A stretch of 64,000 nucleotides of DNA. It comes from Actinomycetes bacterium. Its GTDB lineage: Bacteria; Actinomycetota; Acidimicrobiia; Acidimicrobiales; Bog-793. The notes under the pieces are model-generated. The model was not told the origin of the DNA. It made no database searches and saw only the letters and a program-made list of their open reading frames with translations. The DNA lies in contig JAJZKA010000002.1 in assembly GCA_021809805.1 (NCBI GenBank), forward strand, positions 3,907 to 67,906, given 5' to 3'. Positions 18,495 to 27,702 of this stretch are shown here, one piece after another. Every line of letters begins with the position of its first letter. Position 1 is the first letter of the stretch. A program made the translations under genes and the position numbers.

Positions 18495-19694
18495 GTGCGG
18501 CCGATGCTCGGGAGCCGTCTGTCCAGCCCGCGCCGCCGTCGTCGCATCTGGCTTCCGGTCCTCGCCGGACTGCTGGTCGCGCTGGTGATCGGTGAGGTGG
18601 CCAATCAGGTGGTCTCGAGCTCTGGCGCGGCGGCGACCCGCAGCACTCGCAGCTGGATCGCCGCGGTGGCGCCACTTGTCGATCAGAGCAGCTCCCTGTC
18701 GGTGACGCTGGCCAAGGTGCGCAACGGGAGCAGTCTGCAGCGCGCCCAGCTCGACGCGCTCCTCGGCGAGCTCGAAGGAAGCGCCAGGCAGCTCCGGCGC
18801 GATTACAGCGCCCTCGAGCTCGCACCGCCTACACCAGCGAGCGGCGCCGCGCTCGGGGCCGTCTTCGCGAATCGTGCTCGAGCCGCCACAGAGCTGAGTG
18901 GCGCGATCGCGCTGGCCATGGACAACGCGGCGGCCGCCGGGACCGCCGAACAGACCCTCGCCAAGGTTGCAGCAGACCTGCGCGCCGGAGACGCTGCCTA
19001 TCGCCGCTTCCGTCAGGAGCTGCCGCACCACGGCGCCCGCCGGCTCGGTTCCTCGGTGTGGCTGCGCGCGCCGTCAGCGTGGAGCGCTCCGGCTCTCGCG
19101 GTCTGGGTCAGTGTGCTCAGCCGTGCCCAGGCGCTCGTCGGGCGCCGCCAGCTCAGTCTGCTCGCCGTCTCCCTCCAGCCCCGCGTTCTCAAGATCGACG
19201 GCCTGCCAACGACCACGGTCCCAACCCCGACCACCACCACGACGACGACCACGACGCTGCCGACCACGGGGAGCGCGCTCACTGGCACGGCGACCACGGT
19301 GGGCCATCGCCGCCGGCCACGCCACCACCGCGGCGCAACGACCACGACCACACCCGTCGTGACGACGACGACTCTCCAGATCCCGCCCGCTGGGTCCGTG
19401 TCTTTGGTGCAAGCGACGTCCCGCCTCACGGTCACTGTCGTCGTTGCCTCCACCGGCAACCTGCCGGTCGACGGCGCTCTCGTTCAGGCCACGCTCGTGC
19501 CGACCGGCAAGGTCGCCGCGTCGCCGGAACGGGCTGCGCATCACCTTCGCGTGCTGACACCGGGCAACGCCCGCTACCTCACCCTCGGCCCGCTCGCGGT
19601 CCGCTCAGGGGCGACCTACCGGCTCCAGGTGACGGCGGGATTCCCGGGAGGTGCGCTGCGCCAGGCGAACATCGCGCTCCAGGTCGAGCCCTAG
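18495..19694 (+). CDS. Hypothetical membrane-anchored extracytoplasmic protein with a poly-Thr linker
   Basis: An N-terminal RRRRR followed by the TM helix IWLPVLAGLLVALVIG. A Thr-rich tract PTTTVPTPTTTTTTTTTLPTTG, and a beta-rich C-terminal domain. No recognisable family. Confidence 0.5.
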   Translation: MRPMLGSRLSSPRRRRRIWLPVLAGLLVALVIGEVANQVVSSSGAAATRSTRSWIAAVAPLVDQSSSLSVTLAKVRNGSSLQRAQLDALLGELEGSARQLRRDYSALELAPPTPASGAALGAVFANRARAATELSGAIALAMDNAAAAGTAEQTLAKVAADLRAGDAAYRRFRQELPHHGARRLGSSVWLRAPSAWSAPALAVWVSVLSRAQALVGRRQLSLLAVSLQPRVLKIDGLPTTTVPTPTTTTTTTTTLPTTGSALTGTATTVGHRRRPRHHRGATTTTTPVVTTTTLQIPPAGSVSLVQATSRLTVTVVVASTGNLPVDGALVQATLVPTGKVAASPERAAHHLRVLTPGNARYLTLGPLAVRSGATYRLQVTAGFPGGALRQANIALQVEP

Positions 19695-19696
19695 GG

Positions 19697-20938
19697 CTAG
19701 CTTGCCCCGTCCGGCGGTGGCGTCGTCGCGCGGAGCCGCCAGGCGTGCTCGGCTCGCGCCATCACCTCGCGCACGGCCAGACCCTGGTCGAGCGCCACCT
19801 TGCGGGCGTCTTCGTATTCGACCTTGGCGCGCCCGGGACTGACCTTGATACGCACCGGTTGTCCGGCGACCTCGACTTGCTCGAAGTGCCGCGAGGTTGC
19901 GTATCGCCCGACGACGCTGGCGCGCACGCCGAACGATCCGGTTTCGCGCGCCAGGGCGAGCCGCAGCACCTCCGCGAGGGCGGGGTCGGCAAGGGCGCTG
20001 ACGAGGTGCCCCGGTCGGCCTTTCTTCATCACGACCGGGGTTACCCAGCAGTCGGCCGCACCCGCGCTGAGCAACGCGTCGATCGCCGCGGCGAGCTGCT
20101 CGCCCGTCGCGTCGTCCACGTTCGCCTCGAGGAGGATGAGCGGCTGGCCGCCCGGTGCGGTGTCCGGCGATGCCTCGAGCCGCATGGGGCGCGAGCCCAG
20201 GACGACCTGGGTGCAATTCGGTAAGCCGTCGAGGTCGCGGCTGCCTGCGCCATAGCCGGTGGCCTCGACCGTCATCGCCGGGAGCGGGCCGAAGCGCTCG
20301 ACCGTCGCCGCCAAGATCGCGGCGCCGGTCGGCGTGGTGAGCTCGACGTCGACGTCACGACCGGTCATGGGCGCGCCCGCGAGCAGCCCGAGCACCGCGG
20401 GTGACGGGTTCGGCAAGAGCCCGTGCTGGGCGCGGACGAAACCGGTGCCGGTGGCGACCGGACCGGCGGCGACCTCGTCGATGCCGAGCAGCTCGAGAGC
20501 GGTCATCGTGCCGACGATGTCGACCAGGGTGTCGTGGCCGCCGACCTCGTGGAAGTGGACTTGGGCGATCGGGCGCCGGTGCAGCCGCCCCTCCACGTCG
20601 GCGAGCGCGGCCAGGGTCGCCTCTGCGCGCCGGGCGACCCTTGTCGGCAATTTGGCGGCCTGGATGAGGGCGAGCAGCGCGGGATAGGTGCGCACAACGG
20701 CGTCCTCGCGGACCTCGACCTCGACACGCGTGGCAGCGATCCCACCGCGCAGCACCGCGGAGGACTCAATTCCCCAGCCGCCGATTGGCAGGCGCCGCAG
20801 CATCGTCTCGATCTCGCGCAGATCCGCGCCCGCGTCGACGAGGCTGCCGAGCGCCATGTCGCCGGCGATGCCGGCGAAGCAGTTGAACCACGCGACGCGG
20901 GCGGTCGGGGTGCTTGGGGCCTGTGGTGGTACGGACAT
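19697..20938 (-). CDS. larC: Nickel-pincer cofactor biosynthesis protein LarC (nickel insertion, DUF111 family)
   Basis: VAWFNCFAGIAGDMALGSLVDAGADL is the N-terminal LarC/DUF111 signature. The likely start is the ATG at 20938 (MSVPPQ...), 11 nt after the larB stop. The track ORF extends to 21028. Confidence 0.85.
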   Translation of the reverse strand: MSVPPQAPSTPTARVAWFNCFAGIAGDMALGSLVDAGADLREIETMLRRLPIGGWGIESSAVLRGGIAATRVEVEVREDAVVRTYPALLALIQAAKLPTRVARRAEATLAALADVEGRLHRRPIAQVHFHEVGGHDTLVDIVGTMTALELLGIDEVAAGPVATGTGFVRAQHGLLPNPSPAVLGLLAGAPMTGRDVDVELTTPTGAAILAATVERFGPLPAMTVEATGYGAGSRDLDGLPNCTQVVLGSRPMRLEASPDTAPGGQPLILLEANVDDATGEQLAAAIDALLSAGAADCWVTPVVMKKGRPGHLVSALADPALAEVLRLALARETGSFGVRASVVGRYATSRHFEQVEVAGQPVRIKVSPGRAKVEYEDARKVALDQGLAVREVMARAEHAWRLRATTPPPDGAS

Positions 20939-20949
20939 GTCGCAGCGAC

Positions 20950-21732
20950 TCAGGCGAGCATCCGGGCGACGGCACAGGCGGCGCCGAACCCGTTGTCGAT
21001 GCCAACGACGCTGATCCCAGATGCGCACGAGGCGTGCATCGCCAAGAGCGCGGTGACCCCGTCGAGCCCGGCGCCATAGCCGACGCTGGTGGGCACGGCG
21101 ACAATCGGAGCCGAGGTCAGGCCGCCCACGATGCTTGCGAGTGCCCCTTCCATGCCGGCGACCACGATCACCGCGTCGGCGTCGCTGAGCTCGTCAAGCG
21201 ATGCGAACAGCCGGTGCACGCCGGCGACTCCGCAGTCGGCGAGCTGGTGGGGCACGAAGCCGTACGCGCTGAGGGTGCTGTGGCATTCGGCCGCGACGGG
21301 GAGGTCGGCCGTGCCCGCGGTGAGCACCAGGACGCGACCCTCCCGGCGCGGCGCCCGTCGCCATGCCACGAGCGAGTGCTCGCCGGGGACGGGCGAGGTC
21401 CCGGTGATCTCCCCGCCCGGACAGCGGCGAAGCGTCGTCTCCACCTGGAGCGGCGTCGCCCGCGTGAGGAGCACGGGACCACTGCCGTGCTCGAGCAGCT
21501 CTTCGACGATCGCGGCGCAGTGTTCTGGTGCCTTGCCCGGTCCAAAGACCGCCTCAGGCAGGCCCTGGCGCATCGCGCGGTGGTGGTCGATACGGGCGAA
21601 GCCGAGGTCGGCGAAGGGGAGGCGCCGCAACAGGGTCGCTGCCTCCTCGACCGAGCGCTCGCCGCTCTGTACGGCCTTCAATAGGGTCTCGAGATCCTCG
21701 TGGTCCATGAGGCTTACTATCCTGCCAGCCAT
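20950..21732 (-). CDS. larB: Nickel-pincer cofactor biosynthesis protein LarB (PurE-like NaAD carboxylase/hydrolase)
   Basis: A PurE-like C-terminal half (VLVLTAGTADLPVAAEC ... VIVVAGMEGALASIVGGLTSAPIVAVPTSVGYG). An alternative start is the ATG at 21708 (MDHEDLETLL). Confidence 0.85.
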   Translation of the reverse strand: MAGRIVSLMDHEDLETLLKAVQSGERSVEEAATLLRRLPFADLGFARIDHHRAMRQGLPEAVFGPGKAPEHCAAIVEELLEHGSGPVLLTRATPLQVETTLRRCPGGEITGTSPVPGEHSLVAWRRAPRREGRVLVLTAGTADLPVAAECHSTLSAYGFVPHQLADCGVAGVHRLFASLDELSDADAVIVVAGMEGALASIVGGLTSAPIVAVPTSVGYGAGLDGVTALLAMHASCASGISVVGIDNGFGAACAVARMLA

Positions 21733-22678
21733 GAGCGATCACCCGATCCCCTGGCAGAAGATCGCCTGCTTGGGGCCCGAAGGGACCTTCACTGAGGAGG
21801 CCCTGCTCGGTGAGAATGATCTTGGCGGCGCTGAGATCGTGCTCACGGGGACAATCGAAGAGGCCGTGGCTGCCGCCGCATCAGGGCAGGCCGATGCCGC
21901 CTTTGTCCCGCTCGAGAACTCGATCGAGGGCTCCATCTCCGCCACGCTCGACCGCCTCGTCTTCGGCGAGGAGCTGCTCGTCCAGCGCGAGGTGGTCCTC
22001 GACGTCCACCTCCATCTCGCCGCGCCCCACGGCGCAAGCCTCTCCACGCTGGAGCGCGTCTACTCCTACCCGCCGGCCTTCGCCCAGTGTCGAGACTTCC
22101 TGCTCGCTGCGGCGCCCAAGGCCGCGCAGATCGCCGTCTCTTCCACCGCCGAGGGCGCTCGCTTGGTGGCCGAACGCGGGGAGCCGGAGGCAGCCGCGGT
22201 GGTGCCGCGCAACGCGGCGACCCGGTACGGGCTCGAGCTCCTCGCCGAGGCGATCGAGGACCACGACGGGAACCAGACCCGCTTCGTGCTCGTGGCGCCG
22301 GGGCGCATCCCCGCCCCGACGGGCCACGACCGCACACTGCTCGTCTGCTTCCAGCATGAGAACCGTCCTGGCAGCCTGCTCGAGATCCTGAGCCAGTTTG
22401 CGGCGCGCCGCCTTGACCTGACGCGCCTCGTCTCGCGGCCGACCAAGCAGGCGCTCGGAGAGCACTGCTTTGTCATCGAGGTGGAGGGTCACGTTGCCGA
22501 CGAGGTGCTCGGCGACTGCCTGCGCTCGCTGCACGCCAACTTGGAGGCGCTGCGCTTCCTCGGCTCGTATCCGGTCTCGGGATCACCGGCTCGTGCCCGG
22601 CGCGCCGAGGTCGACCTGCGCCGCCAGGCGGCGGAGCATTGGCTGGCAGACTTGCGGGGCCACATCGGCGATCCGTAG
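21731..22678 (+). CDS. pheA: Prephenate dehydratase
   Basis: KIACLGPEGTFTEEA N-terminal motif, the PDT domain and a C-terminal ACT domain (TLLVCFQHENRPGSLLEILSQFAARRLDLTRLVSRP). The first 214 aa of track ORF 21089-22678 are antisense to larB. Confidence 0.9.
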   Translation: MSDHPIPWQKIACLGPEGTFTEEALLGENDLGGAEIVLTGTIEEAVAAAASGQADAAFVPLENSIEGSISATLDRLVFGEELLVQREVVLDVHLHLAAPHGASLSTLERVYSYPPAFAQCRDFLLAAAPKAAQIAVSSTAEGARLVAERGEPEAAAVVPRNAATRYGLELLAEAIEDHDGNQTRFVLVAPGRIPAPTGHDRTLLVCFQHENRPGSLLEILSQFAARRLDLTRLVSRPTKQALGEHCFVIEVEGHVADEVLGDCLRSLHANLEALRFLGSYPVSGSPARARRAEVDLRRQAAEHWLADLRGHIGDP

Positions 22679-22691
22679 GGATTCGCCGCCG

Positions 22692-22774
22692 GGAGGGATG
22701 GCAGAGCGGCCGAATGCGGCGGTCTTGAAAACCGTTGGGCGAGAGCCCCGGGGGTTCGAATCCCTCTCCCTCCG
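22692..22774 (+). tRNA. tRNA-Ser (anticodon UGA)
   Basis: GGAGGGATGGCAGAGCGGCCGAATGCGGCGGTCTTGAAAACCGTTGGGCGAGAGCCCCGGGGGTTCGAATCCCTCTCCCTCCG. It has a 7-bp acceptor stem, anticodon loop CU-UGA-AA, a long variable arm and a TTCGAAT T-loop. Confidence 0.9.
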
Positions 22775-22797
22775 CTCAGCTCAGCCGGGGCGGCACG

Positions 22798-23955
22798 TCA
22801 CCGCCCGATCGCTGTGCTGCTCGTGCTGGTTCCTGCAGCGAAAGCGAGGCAACCGTTGGGGCGCAGCGCCACGCCGACGTTGTCGCCCCGCCGAGCGCGC
22901 CGTGGCGAGAAGATTCCGCTGAGCGGCGTCCCGTCGACCAGAACGACGGCGTGCTCGTAGCCGACCCCGCGGAAGGCGACGTCGGTGACCTTCCCCAAGA
23001 GCTGGCAACCTGTGCCACCGGGCTCCGCGAGGCTGACCGCGGCGGGGCGGACGAGGAGCAGGCCGGCGCCAGTGTGCCGATCCAGGCCTTCGCCGGGCGT
23101 CGCGAGCAGGCGTACCGGATTCGTCCCTGCGTCGAGGTGGATCTCCACCTCGCCGGTTGGCGCGCGTCCCGCAATGCGGACCGCGAGCTCGCCGGCCAGT
23201 CCGGTGAATCGTGCGACAAATGGGGTGGCGGGAGCGGCGTAGATCGTCTCGGGGTCGGCGAGCTGCACCAGGCGACCGTGCTCGAGCACGCCGATCCGGT
23301 CGGCGAGAGCGAACGCCTCGGCCTGGTCATGGGTGATGTAGATCGTCGTGGTCCCCGCTTCGCGCACCAGCGAGGAGATCTCCACGCGCATCTGCTCGCG
23401 CAGCGCGGCGTCGAGGTTCGACAGCGGCTCATCGCACAAGAGCAGTCCGGTGTCGCCGATCAGGGCACGCGCCAGCCCGACCCGTTGTTGCTCGCCGCCT
23501 GACAGCTCGGACGGGAAACGCTGGCAGAGCGCTCCGATGCCGAGCCGGCCGAGCAGGATCTCGGCACGCCGCCGCGCCTCCTCTCGGTGCACGCCGCGGC
23601 GCTTCAGCGCGAAGGCGACGTTGTCGCGGGCACAAAGGTGCGGCCAGAGCGCGTAATCCTGAAAGACCATCGCCAGCTCCCGCTGTTCGGGCGGCAGGTG
23701 AATCGACGGCGCGGCGACGGCCCGACCACCGATCTCGATGCGCCCGCCACTGAGGCGCTCGATTCCCGCGAGGCAGCGAAGCATGGTGGTCTTGCCCGAG
23801 CCAGACGGGCCGAGCAAGACGAAGAAGGTGCCAGGGCTGAGCTCGAAGCAGATGTCCTCGACGGCGAGTTTTCCGTTCGGGTACTGCTTGGTCATCGACT
23901 GCACGCGGACGGGGTGCGCCGCCGTCAGCGGTGCCTGTGCATTGCTCTTGGTCAT
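22798..23955 (-). CDS. ABC importer ATP-binding protein (FbpC/PotA type: Fe3+ / polyamine / thiamine class)
   Basis: Walker A GPSGSGKTT, signature LSGGEQQRVGLARAL, Walker B LLLCDEP and a C-terminal TOBE-like domain. Confidence 0.9.
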   Translation of the reverse strand: MTKSNAQAPLTAAHPVRVQSMTKQYPNGKLAVEDICFELSPGTFFVLLGPSGSGKTTMLRCLAGIERLSGGRIEIGGRAVAAPSIHLPPEQRELAMVFQDYALWPHLCARDNVAFALKRRGVHREEARRRAEILLGRLGIGALCQRFPSELSGGEQQRVGLARALIGDTGLLLCDEPLSNLDAALREQMRVEISSLVREAGTTTIYITHDQAEAFALADRIGVLEHGRLVQLADPETIYAAPATPFVARFTGLAGELAVRIAGRAPTGEVEIHLDAGTNPVRLLATPGEGLDRHTGAGLLLVRPAAVSLAEPGGTGCQLLGKVTDVAFRGVGYEHAVVLVDGTPLSGIFSPRRARRGDNVGVALRPNGCLAFAAGTSTSSTAIGR

Positions 23956-25775
23956 TCGTTCACGCCCTCTCCGACGTGTCGCCAGCCGTCCGGTGCCACG
24001 AGGCGGAAGATGCCGAGCGCGAGCCCGACGACGGCGAACGCAAGGCCGACCGCGACGACGGCCTGGGCCGTGCCGATGCCGAAGTGGTAGTTGCCGAGGT
24101 TGTCCTCGATCGCGACCGACGCCGGCGGCGACCCGGGCGCGTAGAGCAGCTGTGACAACGGGAGCTCCAACAAGATCCCCGAGAAGGTCAAGAGCCAGGC
24201 CATCAGCAGCGGGCGGGAGAGGGCGGGCAGCACGCCCCGGGCCCAGGCACGCGTTGCTGAGGCGCCGTGGGCGCGGGCGGCATTGCGCAGCGAGGGGTCG
24301 ATCTGGGATACGGCACCGACGAGCACGCGGGCGTTCGTCGGCATGCTCGAGGCGATATAGGCCACGACGAGCAGCGTCGTCGTCTGGTAGAGGCTGAGCC
24401 CGAGATGGGAGAGCGCTGGCAGGTTGTAGGCGAAGATGTAGCCGGCTCCGAAGACGACGCCGGGGAGCGCGACAGCCGCCAAGAGCAAGAAGTCAAGCAG
24501 TGCGCCCGAGGCGCTGCCACGACGCGAGAGCAAGTTGGCACAAAGAAAGCCAAGCGCGACCGTCACCGTGGCCGTGATCAGGCCGTAGATCAGCGAGCGC
24601 CCGAGTGGTCCAGACAATCCCGAGTTCTCAAAGACGGCGCGGTAGTTCACGAGCGTTGGCTGGAGCGAGGCGCCGTAGTCGGAGAGCAGCGACGAGCTGA
24701 GCGCGCCGAAGCCGGGGACGCCGAGCGCGACGCTGAAATATCCGATCACCAGGATGAGGCTCGCGCCGAGCCCCCTCGGCGAGAGGCGGCGACGCAGCGC
24801 GGGGCGGCTGCGGCCGGACAAGACGCGATAGGCGCGCCCGCGAAGTGCGCGGGCCTGGAGCGCGAGCGGGACGGCGACCGAGCCGACGAGCAGCCAGCCG
24901 ATCGCGGCCGCCCCCGGGAAGCTCGGCGGGAAGCCGTTGACGTTGGCAAACAGCTGGTAGGTCGCGAGCGGGAAGTTGGCCCGGTAGGCGAGCGTTGCGG
25001 CGACGCCGAAGTCGCTCACGGACTCGGCGAAGCCGATGGCGATCGCCGAGGTGATGGCGGGAGCGAGGATCGGGATCAACAGGCGCAGGCTCGCCATGCG
25101 CCCGGCCCCGTGGGTACGAGCGGCGTCCTCGTATTCCTGGCCGAGCCCGCGCAGCGCGGCGGTGATCGTGAGGTACGTGAAGGGAACGCAACGCAGCCCG
25201 AGCAAGAGCACGACCCCAAAGGGGCCCATGATCGCCGAGGTGATGAAGGGGAAGTCGAGCCCGATCCGGTACATCACGCCGTCGGGTTGCACCAGGCGCT
25301 CCCATCCCGAAGCGGGAAGCCAGGACGGCAGCACCAGCACGAGCCACATCGCTCCGGCGATGAAACGGCGCCCCGGGAGCAGGGTGCGGTTGGCGAGCCA
25401 GGCGATTGGGATGCCGACGAGCAAGCCGATCCCTGCTGCGGCAGCGCTCACCCACAGCGAGTCCACGAGCGACACCGCGGTGGTCCCGGTGAAGACCCCG
25501 CGCAGGTACGAGAGCGTGAACCACTGCGACCCCTGGCCAAAGAGCCGAGGCGACACCGCGAGCATCAAGAAGCAAGCGCAGGGCAGCACGATCAGGGCGG
25601 CCAAGAGGGCCCAGAACGCAGCCAGGCCGCCGCGCGCGGCGAGCTGGGGATCCCAGCGCAGCCTGTCGAGACGCCGCCGGTCGAACGATCCGGTTCGATT
25701 TGCAGAGGGACCGCACCCCTCCGGCGGCTCGAGCGCCGCCGGAGGGGGCAAGTCGTGTTGCAGCGTCGCCATCAA
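23952..25775 (-). CDS. ABC importer permease, duplicated (two-module) FbpB/ThiP-like
   Basis: A 607-aa 12-TM protein with two permease modules. It overlaps the ATPase gene by 4 nt. Confidence 0.85.
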   Translation of the reverse strand: MMATLQHDLPPPAALEPPEGCGPSANRTGSFDRRRLDRLRWDPQLAARGGLAAFWALLAALIVLPCACFLMLAVSPRLFGQGSQWFTLSYLRGVFTGTTAVSLVDSLWVSAAAAGIGLLVGIPIAWLANRTLLPGRRFIAGAMWLVLVLPSWLPASGWERLVQPDGVMYRIGLDFPFITSAIMGPFGVVLLLGLRCVPFTYLTITAALRGLGQEYEDAARTHGAGRMASLRLLIPILAPAITSAIAIGFAESVSDFGVAATLAYRANFPLATYQLFANVNGFPPSFPGAAAIGWLLVGSVAVPLALQARALRGRAYRVLSGRSRPALRRRLSPRGLGASLILVIGYFSVALGVPGFGALSSSLLSDYGASLQPTLVNYRAVFENSGLSGPLGRSLIYGLITATVTVALGFLCANLLSRRGSASGALLDFLLLAAVALPGVVFGAGYIFAYNLPALSHLGLSLYQTTTLLVVAYIASSMPTNARVLVGAVSQIDPSLRNAARAHGASATRAWARGVLPALSRPLLMAWLLTFSGILLELPLSQLLYAPGSPPASVAIEDNLGNYHFGIGTAQAVVAVGLAFAVVGLALGIFRLVAPDGWRHVGEGVNE

Positions 25776-25815
25776 CCCGGCCTTTGGCAGCCGGCCGCGG
25801 TGGCGCGGACTCGGA

Positions 25816-26892
25816 TCACTTCACGATGCTCGAGTCGAACCACGAGTTGATCGCGTTCTCCTTCGGGCCCCAGACGTAAGGGTTGATCGACTGGGTCTTC
25901 ACGCCAGAGAGCGGCGGGAGGATTCCCCGAGGCGCGATCCCGCTGAGCACCGGGTAGTAGAGCGAGTCGCCCGTCGGGTCGCCGGTCTTCATCACCTTCT
26001 GGCCGGCGCGAGAAAGGACGTAGCTCGCGAACAGCTCGGCTTCCTTTTGCTCTTGCGCCGGTGCCTTGGCGTCGATGCCGATGACGCTTGGAAGGATTGT
26101 GACGGGGTTGAGGTACTTCACGGCGATGTTGTGATCCGAGAAGTAGGCGCCAATGCCGGCCGAGCTCTGCACGAGGGCGAGGTTGATCTGGCCCGAAGCG
26201 AGCGCGGCGAGCGTCGGTCCATTCGTCGGGTTCACGACGAGCCCATTGGCCTTGAGCTTGGAGAAGTACGTCTTGCCCTTGGCGATGCCACCAAGATTCT
26301 GCATGATACCTGCGATGAATGGGTAGGTGGGCCCGGACTGGCTGGGATCGTTCATTCCGACCTGACCCCGCCACTTCGCCGACAACAGCGCCTGCCAGGA
26401 GCGCGGTGGGTGAGCCACCTTCTGCTTGTTGTAGGCCATGATCGCCATCAAGGTGACGCCCGTCGGAACGTAGGACTTGTCGGCGGGTAGCGCGGCTTTG
26501 CCGAGCGAGTTCCAATGCACGTTCGGCTCGAAGCCGCGCACCAAGAGGTGTTGGTCGTCAAGCTCAGCAAAAGCAGTCGCTCCGTCCACCCAGAGCAATC
26601 CCCACTTCGGGTTGTTCTTGGATGCCTCGATCTCGGTCAGCAGCGGGCCGGTCGAGTTGTCGTTGAGCTGCACCGGGATGTGGTACTTCTTCGAGAAGTC
26701 CTCGGTCTCGAGCTTGTCGTAGCCCTGGGCTGAGTAGACGACGAGCGGCACCACGCCAGCCTTGGGCGTGCGCTGGGCGGTCGCGGTCGCCTGGACACCG
26801 GCGAGGGCGACGGTTGCGACCGCCGCGCCGGCGAGGACGTAGCGGCCACGGGGGCGCCGGGAATCCGGGCTCACCTGCGCGTGAGCATGCAC
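25816..26892 (-). CDS. ABC importer extracellular solute-binding protein (family 1, iron/thiamine-type)
   Basis: Signal-like N-terminus RRPRGRYVLAGAAVATVALAG and a periplasmic-binding-protein fold sequence. The GTG at 26892 is preceded by GAGAGGAGAA. The track ORF starts at 26922. Confidence 0.8.
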   Translation of the reverse strand: MHAHAQVSPDSRRPRGRYVLAGAAVATVALAGVQATATAQRTPKAGVVPLVVYSAQGYDKLETEDFSKKYHIPVQLNDNSTGPLLTEIEASKNNPKWGLLWVDGATAFAELDDQHLLVRGFEPNVHWNSLGKAALPADKSYVPTGVTLMAIMAYNKQKVAHPPRSWQALLSAKWRGQVGMNDPSQSGPTYPFIAGIMQNLGGIAKGKTYFSKLKANGLVVNPTNGPTLAALASGQINLALVQSSAGIGAYFSDHNIAVKYLNPVTILPSVIGIDAKAPAQEQKEAELFASYVLSRAGQKVMKTGDPTGDSLYYPVLSGIAPRGILPPLSGVKTQSINPYVWGPKENAINSWFDSSIVK

Positions 26893-27018
26893 GGTTGGTT
26901 CTCCTCTCGTCCCGTCACTCAAGGGAGGTGACGGCCGTTAGGGACGGTAAGAGACCCGCTTTACAAGAGAGCGACTTGAGGGCGACTGCGCGTTGAACAG
27001 TTCGCGACCGCCCGGCTC

Positions 27019-27594
27019 CTATGAGGGTGGGGAGGGCCCCTCGCCTTCGACCGCGTAGACGCGCGCCGCGTAGTCCTCGAGCGCCTGTTCGCAGCGCTCG
27101 AGCGCAGCTCGAGCGCGGTCGATGCCCGTTGCCCCAAAGGCATCCCGGCCGTGCACTTTGTCAAGCCAGCCTTTCAGCTTGGCGAGATCGACGTCGTTCT
27201 CCTCGAGTTCGGCATAGGTGAAGTGCTCTTCGTCGTACTCCTTGCGCAACTGTCGCAAGAAATCCTCGCAGCGATCGACGATCTCTTCGTACTCGTCGTC
27301 GCGCGCCGCGTTGAACACCTCGAGCAGGTGCCCTTGGCCCGCCAGCGTGGCGGCGTCGAAGAGGTACGCGGTACCGCCGATCTCGGCGATCTCGGCGCGC
27401 AGCGCGCGAAGCGCCCGTTCGGCCGCAGGGCTGGCCGGGAGCGCGGCCGCCGAGTTCTGAACGTAGACGGCGCCGAGCCCCTTGATCTTCCTCCACACCC
27501 CGGCGCGCAGACGGGTCGGCTCGCTCGGGATGCGGTAGATGAGCAGCAACCAGTGCTCGGCACCGCCGGCTGGCGTCGTCTTCTCGCTCGTCAT
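27019..27594 (-). CDS. ChrB-domain protein (chromate-resistance ChrB N-terminal-like)
   Basis: WLLLIYRIPSEPTRLRAGVWRKIKGLGAVYVQNSAAALP matches the ChrB N-domain pattern as I recall it. Only the last 191 codons of the 986-aa track ORF are real; the rest is antisense to lon. Confidence 0.6.
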   Translation of the reverse strand: MTSEKTTPAGGAEHWLLLIYRIPSEPTRLRAGVWRKIKGLGAVYVQNSAAALPASPAAERALRALRAEIAEIGGTAYLFDAATLAGQGHLLEVFNAARDDEYEEIVDRCEDFLRQLRKEYDEEHFTYAELEENDVDLAKLKGWLDKVHGRDAFGATGIDRARAALERCEQALEDYAARVYAVEGEGPSPPS

Positions 27595-27702
27595 GTCCCG
27601 ACTATGCACGAGCCGCCGGTCGCCCGCACGGGCCGATGTCACTTGCGGGGGAATAGTGAGCAGCCCAGGGCGGTTGTTGTGGGGACCGCAGATCCTTTGG
27701 AG

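Noticed and set aside
21089-21730. A 214-aa N-terminal extension of the pheA ORF (total 529 aa), considered as a possible fused domain.
   Set aside because: The extension is exactly antisense to larB and is Ser/Pro/Ala/Arg-rich. Canonical PheA begins at MSDHPIPWQKIACLGPEGTF (21731).
26923-27018. The leader of the ABC solute-binding gene, examined for a TPP riboswitch or other metal/vitamin riboswitch.
   Set aside because: No TPP-box (CUGAGA ... ACCUGAUCUGGAUAAUGCCAGCG-like) or other recognisable riboswitch core is present. The region is only about 95 nt and partly overlaps the end of the ChrB-like gene context.
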